Virus record (IMG/VR): IMGVR_UViG_3300025168_000090
Location: 1-60,814 of that record
Source: a virus
Lineage: Duplodnaviria; Caudoviricetes
DNA: 60,814 nt
Reading direction: 5' to 3' (one strand)
Made by a program: the position numbers and the translations under genes. Position 1 is the stretch's first letter; each line of letters starts with the position of its first letter. Shown in pieces: positions 56,369-60,814 of this stretch. Under the pieces are notes generated by a model that was given only the letters and a program-made list of their open reading frames with translations, did not search any database and was not told the origin of the DNA.

Positions 56369-56561
56369 TTGGATTAGTAGACTACACTATAGAGAGTTCG
56401 TACAACCAAAACTACAACCTAAAGATTTTTACTGGGATGAAGGTAAAATGGTTATGACAGAAGAATACCATAAAAAACGAGGGCATTGCTGTGGTAATAG
56501 GTGTAAACACTGTCCATTTTCCCCGAAATATATCAAAACTAATAAAAAACTCAAAGAGTAA
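56355..56561 (+). CDS. Cys-rich DUF5522-like protein
   Basis: DFYWDEGKMVMTEEYHKKRGHCCGNRCKHCPF. Confidence 0.75.
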   Translation: MRKDDWISRLHYREFVQPKLQPKDFYWDEGKMVMTEEYHKKRGHCCGNRCKHCPFSPKYIKTNKKLKE

Positions 56562-56608
56562 TAAACCAAGACCAAACCAATGTTCCAAGTATTTATTATA
56601 AAAAAAGA

Positions 56609-57076
56609 ATGCCAAATCAAAGATACGGAATAACATTTCCTTTTGAGGATAGTTCACAAGGATTTTTTCTTGGGTTAAATAAAAGTACTGAAAGTGAAGT
56701 ACGTTCTAATTTAATACACCTTATTCTTACCTTAAAAGGTTCACGTTACTTCTTGCCGGATTTTGGTACTAATCTTTTAAAGTATATTTATGAACCATTA
56801 GATGGGGCAACAAAAACTAACATAGATAAAGAAATAAGAAATGCGGTAAAAAAATTTATGCCTGGATTAATTATTAATGAGGTTAGTGTAAAATCCGCAG
56901 AAGATATTAGGGAGGAAGAAAAAACACAAAGTGAACCTAACGACCCTAGTTTAGTAGATAATAGTTTTGGGTTTGTTGGTGACGCGGAAAGAGAATATAC
57001 CCTAAGAATTAGAATAGACTACAATAATGGAGATACCTTGTTCTCTACTAAAGATTTTGTGATAATTAATTTATAA
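56609..57076 (+). CDS. Baseplate wedge protein (T4 gp25/GPW-like)
   Basis: GITFPF, VRSNLIHLILTLKGSRYFLPDFGTNL..YIYEP; TATTTATT at 56590-56597. Confidence 0.92.
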   Translation: MPNQRYGITFPFEDSSQGFFLGLNKSTESEVRSNLIHLILTLKGSRYFLPDFGTNLLKYIYEPLDGATKTNIDKEIRNAVKKFMPGLIINEVSVKSAEDIREEEKTQSEPNDPSLVDNSFGFVGDAEREYTLRIRIDYNNGDTLFSTKDFVIINL

Positions 57077-57077
57077 A

Positions 57078-58898
57078 ATGGCAGAAAAGAAAATAGCATA
57101 CACAGAAAGAGATTTTTTAGGGGTTAGAAATGAATTACTAAGAATTACAAATACATACTACCCTAACTTAATACAAAACGCTAATGACGCGTCAATATAT
57201 TCAGTATTTTTAGACTTAAATGCGGCAGTAAGTGACAATTTAAATTTCCAAATAGATAGGACATTCCAGGAAACAGTATTACAATTTGCACAAGAAAGGA
57301 GCTCTCTATATAATTTAGCAAGAACTTATGGTTTAAAAATACCAGGTAATCGACCTTCAGTTACAGTTTGTGATATATCAATTACAGTACCGGTATTCGG
57401 GGATAAAGAAGATTTCAGGTATTTGGGGGTTTTACGTACTGGTTCACAATTTAGAGGTGGTGGACAAATATTCGAATTGGTAGATGAATGTAGTTTTTCG
57501 TCACCATACAGTGTAGACGGTGTCCCAAACAGAACCAAAATACCAAACTTTGACGCTAATGGAATCTTAACAAATTATACAATAACTAAAAGAGAAGTAG
57601 TTGTTAATGGAGTCACTAGGGTATTCAAAAAAGAAATAACAGACGCTGATAATAAACCATTTTTTAAATTATTTTTACCAGAAAAAAATGTAATAGGTGT
57701 AACATCCGTGATACAAAAAGACGGAGTTGGGTACCAGACACTACCAACTAACGACGAATTCTTATCGGTAAATAATAATAGATGGTATGAGGTTGATGCG
57801 TTAGCAGAAAGTGAAGTTTTTGTAGAAGACCCATCGTCACCACCTGACGAATCTGGAATTAAAGTTGGTAAGTATATGTATACTGAGGATAGGTTTATAA
57901 CAGAGTTTACACCAGAAAGCTTTTTCTTTTTAAATTTTGGTAGTGGTAATCAAACGTCCCAAGACACCCTAGATGAATTTGCTTCTAAAGGTGTTAAATT
58001 AAATATGGCTAAATTTATGGATAACGTATCTTTAGGTAACATGGTTAAAGGAAATACTACATTGTTTGTGCAATATAGAGTAGGTGGTGGTCAATCCTCT
58101 AATATAGGTGCGGGAAGTATAAATACGGTAGGTACGGTCAATTTCAATGTTGTAGGGCCTAGCCCCCAAATTAATCAAGCTGTGATGAATAGTTTGTCTG
58201 TTACGAATGTTACAGCTGCTATTGGTGGAGCAAACCAAATGACACAAGAAGAGATAAGAAATTATATTTCTTTTAATTTTGCCGCACAAAACAGGTCTGT
58301 AACAATCACTGATTACATATCTAAACTTAGAACAATGCCCGCAACATTTGGTGCAGCTGCAAAAGTTGGTGTGAATGAGGTAGAAAATAAAGTAAATTTA
58401 AATATATTATCATATACTCCAGAAGGAAAACTTACGTCAGAAATAACACAAACATTAAAACAAAACATCTCAAACTACCTATCTAACTATAGAATGTTAA
58501 ATGATTATATAGTTGTCGGCTCTGCAAAAGTGATTGATTTAGCTTTTCACCTAGACTTACTTTTGGAGTCCTCATCCAACCAAGGAGATATAATAACTGC
58601 TGTAATTACAACCGTAAGTGATTATTTTGATGTAGCAAAAATAGAAATGGGACAAGATTTAAATATGGGGCAACTTAGAGGTCAAATAATGAGAGTACCC
58701 GGTGTACTAAATATAATAAATCTAAAAGCATTCAACAAGGTTGGTGGAAATTACTCACAGGCTATAACATCCCAACCATATCTAGATTTAAATAGTAGAG
58801 AAATAGGTTTTATAGATGATACTATATACGCAAAACCAGATGAAATATTACAAATTAAATTCCCACAAAAAGATATAGCTATTAGGGTTAAAAAATAA
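57078..58898 (+). CDS. Baseplate wedge protein (T4 gp6/Baseplate J-like)
   Basis: YTERDF, QFAQERSSLYNLARTYG, FGSG, YRVGGG..SN, AIGGAN, FAAQNRSVTITDY. Confidence 0.9.
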   Translation: MAEKKIAYTERDFLGVRNELLRITNTYYPNLIQNANDASIYSVFLDLNAAVSDNLNFQIDRTFQETVLQFAQERSSLYNLARTYGLKIPGNRPSVTVCDISITVPVFGDKEDFRYLGVLRTGSQFRGGGQIFELVDECSFSSPYSVDGVPNRTKIPNFDANGILTNYTITKREVVVNGVTRVFKKEITDADNKPFFKLFLPEKNVIGVTSVIQKDGVGYQTLPTNDEFLSVNNNRWYEVDALAESEVFVEDPSSPPDESGIKVGKYMYTEDRFITEFTPESFFFLNFGSGNQTSQDTLDEFASKGVKLNMAKFMDNVSLGNMVKGNTTLFVQYRVGGGQSSNIGAGSINTVGTVNFNVVGPSPQINQAVMNSLSVTNVTAAIGGANQMTQEEIRNYISFNFAAQNRSVTITDYISKLRTMPATFGAAAKVGVNEVENKVNLNILSYTPEGKLTSEITQTLKQNISNYLSNYRMLNDYIVVGSAKVIDLAFHLDLLLESSSNQGDIITAVITTVSDYFDVAKIEMGQDLNMGQLRGQIMRVPGVLNIINLKAFNKVGGNYSQAITSQPYLDLNSREIGFIDDTIYAKPDEILQIKFPQKDIAIRVKK

Positions 58899-58987
58899 AA
58901 AAACCCACAAAGTAACCTACTTTACATAAAATCGCTCTAAACTATCTTTAGTTTTAATAACATAAATATTTATTTACTAAAGAACAT

Positions 58988-60814
58988 ATGTCTAAATCAT
59001 TTAGAGTAAGAACAGAAGTAGGTAAGGATAAAAACGTAACTTTTGAGTTAAAACAAGATTTTGACTTATTAGAAATACTAAGCTTATCCCTATCCCAAAA
59101 AGACGTATACACAAGAATGTGTGCCGATTTTGGTGTACTATGTGGTAGGGTACTCGTAAATGGTGGATATGGATTACCTAACGCTAAAGTATCTGTTTTT
59201 GTACCTTTAGATGATGAAGACGCGACCAAACCTCTAGTAACAGAATTATACCCATATACTCACATCTCGGATAGTAACCCTGATGGTGTACGATATAATT
59301 TATTAAGTAGTGAAAAAAACTTTGATTGTCATGTCCCAGTCGGAACCTTTCCAATATTAGGTGACGTACTAACAAGACAAGAAGTAGAGTATGTTTATAA
59401 AAAATATTATAAGTACACCGTAAAAACAAATGAGGCTGGTGATTTTATGATTTATGGTGCACCAGTAGGTACTCACGACATTTTAATGGATGTAGATGTG
59501 AGTGATATAGGGTGTTTTTCTCTTTTACCACAAGACTTTAAAGAACAAGGATTTGCGGACAATGAATTTAATGGAGCCAGATTTAAATCCAATACCTCTA
59601 TAGACTCTTTACCACAAATAATGAGTCAAACAAAATCAGTAGATATTAGACCTTTCTGGGGTGATGAAGAATTTTGTAGAGCAGCTATAACTAGAGTAGA
59701 TTTTGATTTATCAGATAATGGTTTTAAAATAGCACCTAGTGCTATTTTTATGGGTAGTACCGCAACTGACACCGATAAAGACTCGGTAACTAAAAGTTGT
59801 AGACCAAGAAAACATCAAGGAGACCTTTGTAGTTTGGTAAGTGAACCTGGTATTATTGATTGTGTTAGGTATACCCCATTCCTTAAAGACGACCCTAACG
59901 CTTATGGGTTTGGTACAATACCACTTGGTGGGACAGTTCCAGTATTAGAACGTTACTATTTTGAAAATAATGGTAGGGTTATCGACCGTTCCGGTTCGTT
60001 TTTGGTACACGTACCTATGAATTTAGACCATATGACGACCAACGAATTCGGTGAGTTAGTAGAGTCTGGTAATCCAGATGTTGGGGTACCTACTAGAGCT
60101 AGGACAAGGTTTAGGGTTAGACCAGAACAATCTGCGGGGTCAGCAAGACTCAGAAGAAAAGGTAGTTTCTTAGTACCTAATATACGAGAGTACCCTAATA
60201 AAGATAGGAGTTATACTTTTAGTATAAATTATAGTGACTATCCTAGACACGCTCAAACCTATTTAATACCCGCGGCCAAAGATTATTTTTACGATATGGA
60301 ATTTAATAGGGTCTATAGTCCAGCACAATTTCACGACCACGTAAAACATAATGGAAGAAGAGAATTCATAGGTATAAAAGAAATATTACCAGAAGAAGAC
60401 CAACAATGTTCAACAACCGCCGTACACTTCCCAATCAATAGTGCTGTAAGAAAATTAACTTTTATGCTTATCATAGCTCAATTCATAAATGAATTTTTGG
60501 GTATGATATATGCTATGTTAATAACTTTTGTTTCTCTAATAGCTTTCATATTAGGTATTGTTATGGGTATTGTATTTGCTATAATTACAGTTATATGTGC
60601 CCTACTACAAGCACTGTGTGACTTATTAAACGCTGTACCAAGTATTTTCGGGATTACAATTATTTCATGTCCAGGTTGGTTACAGGATTTAATATGTGAC
60701 ATGGGTTGTGGAGACTTCTGTATGACCAGTGGTTGTTTTGGTTGTCAAGGACCAGACCCAAATGATGATTGTTTATATTTTGGTATACCTATGAGTTTTG
60801 TGTTATTTACACTA
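58988..60814 (+). CDS. Putative structural protein, truncated at window edge (not in ORF track)
   Basis: Frame from ATG 58988 (MSKSFRVRTEVG...GVLCGRVLVNGGYGLPNAKVSVF...); start and end portions translated by hand are in frame and the ORF track shows no stop in between; TATTTATT at 58967-58974; long hydrophobic Cys-rich segment near 60460-60814. Confidence 0.8.
   Translation, partial: MSKSFRVRTEVGKDKNVTFELKQDFDLLEILSLSLSQKDVYTRMCADFGVLCGRVLVNGGYGLPNAKVSVFVPLDDEDATKPLVTELYPYTHISDSNPDGVRYNLLSSEKNFDCHVPVGTFPILGDVLTRQEVEYVYKKYYKYTVKTNEAGDFMIYGAPVGTHDILMDVDVSDIGCFSLLPQDFKEQGFADNEFNGARFKSNTSIDSLPQIMSQTKSVDIRPFWGDEEFCRAAITRVDFDLSDNGFKIAPSAIFMGSTATDTDKDSVTKSCRPRKHQGDLCSLVSEPGIIDCVRYTPFLKDDPNAYGFGTIPLGGTVPVLERYYFENNGRVIDRSGSFLVHVPMNLDHMTTNEFGELVESGNPDVGVPTRARTRFRVRPEQSAGSARLRRKGSFLVPNIREYPNKDRSYTFSINYSDYPRHAQTYLIPAAKDYFYDMEFNRVYSPAQFHDHVKHNGRREFIGIKEILPEEDQQCSTTAVHFPINSAVRKLTFMLIIAQFINEFLGMIYAMLITFVSLIAFILGIVMGIVFAIITVICALLQALCDLLNAVPSIFGITIISCPGWLQDLICDMGCGDFCMTSGCFGCQGPDPNDDCLYFGIPMSFVLFTL

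Noticed and set aside
25827-58898. Extracellular contractile injection system or tailocin rather than a phage
   Set aside because: Neck/head-completion genes and a full replication module are interleaved with the tail genes; capsid and terminase genes are presumably outside the window
563-60702. Numerous short antisense or alternate-frame ORFs in the track (e.g. 563-817, 9213-9686, 23833-24138, 36614-37258, 48213-48893, 58954-59229, 60478-60702)
   Set aside because: They are shadows of well-supported genes, with S/L/F/I-biased composition and no motifs
1-60814. Stop-codon reassignment as in Lak or some crAss-like phages
   Set aside because: Core genes are full length in the standard code, coding density is high, and TAG ends genes at expected positions (e.g. 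sheath at 29276)
1-60814. CRISPR array, tRNA/rRNA genes, IS elements or integrase
   Set aside because: Intergenic gaps are under about 200 nt and AT-rich; no repeat-spacer periodicity, cloverleaf or transposase motif was seen by eye (tRNAscan was not run)

Overview
AT-rich segment of a large myovirus-type (T4-like/jumbo) dsDNA phage genome that reads cleanly in the standard code. The host is probably in the Bacteroidota: there is a TTTG-N19-TAnnTTTG promoter, a Q-rule signal peptide, a lipobox protein, a DUF4494-like gene, and starts are A-rich with no Shine-Dalgarno site. From left to right: (i) a ~10.9 kb minus-strand glycan operon with Gmd, a UDP-sugar epimerase and dehydrogenase, about eight glycosyltransferase-like genes, dUTPase and an unlisted CDGSH Fe-S gene; (ii) late hypothetical, probably internal-head proteins, including a stand-alone WYL protein; (iii) virion genes (neck, tail terminator, sheath, tube, tail chaperone pair, tape measure, baseplate hub with M23 domain, gp53/gp25/gp6-like wedge) interleaved with replication genes (PolB, SNF2 helicase, gp32-like SSB, RecA/UvsX, 5'-3' exonuclease, DnaB-like helicase, class II RNR). 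Best leads: a possible self-encoded virion glycosylation system (GT operon with a late motif plus an [S/T]-[G/A]-x-T tetrapeptide enriched in virion proteins); a shared capsid-targeting/protease-cleavage peptide that also tags a WYL and a HAD enzyme; a TATTTAT(A/T) late motif that is the reverse complement of the T4 late promoter; a UUU-UUU-CGU +1 frameshift candidate in the tail chaperone pair; and an RHH regulator with a three-box operator in front of the sheath gene. All function calls come from motif recognition by eye; no database search was run.
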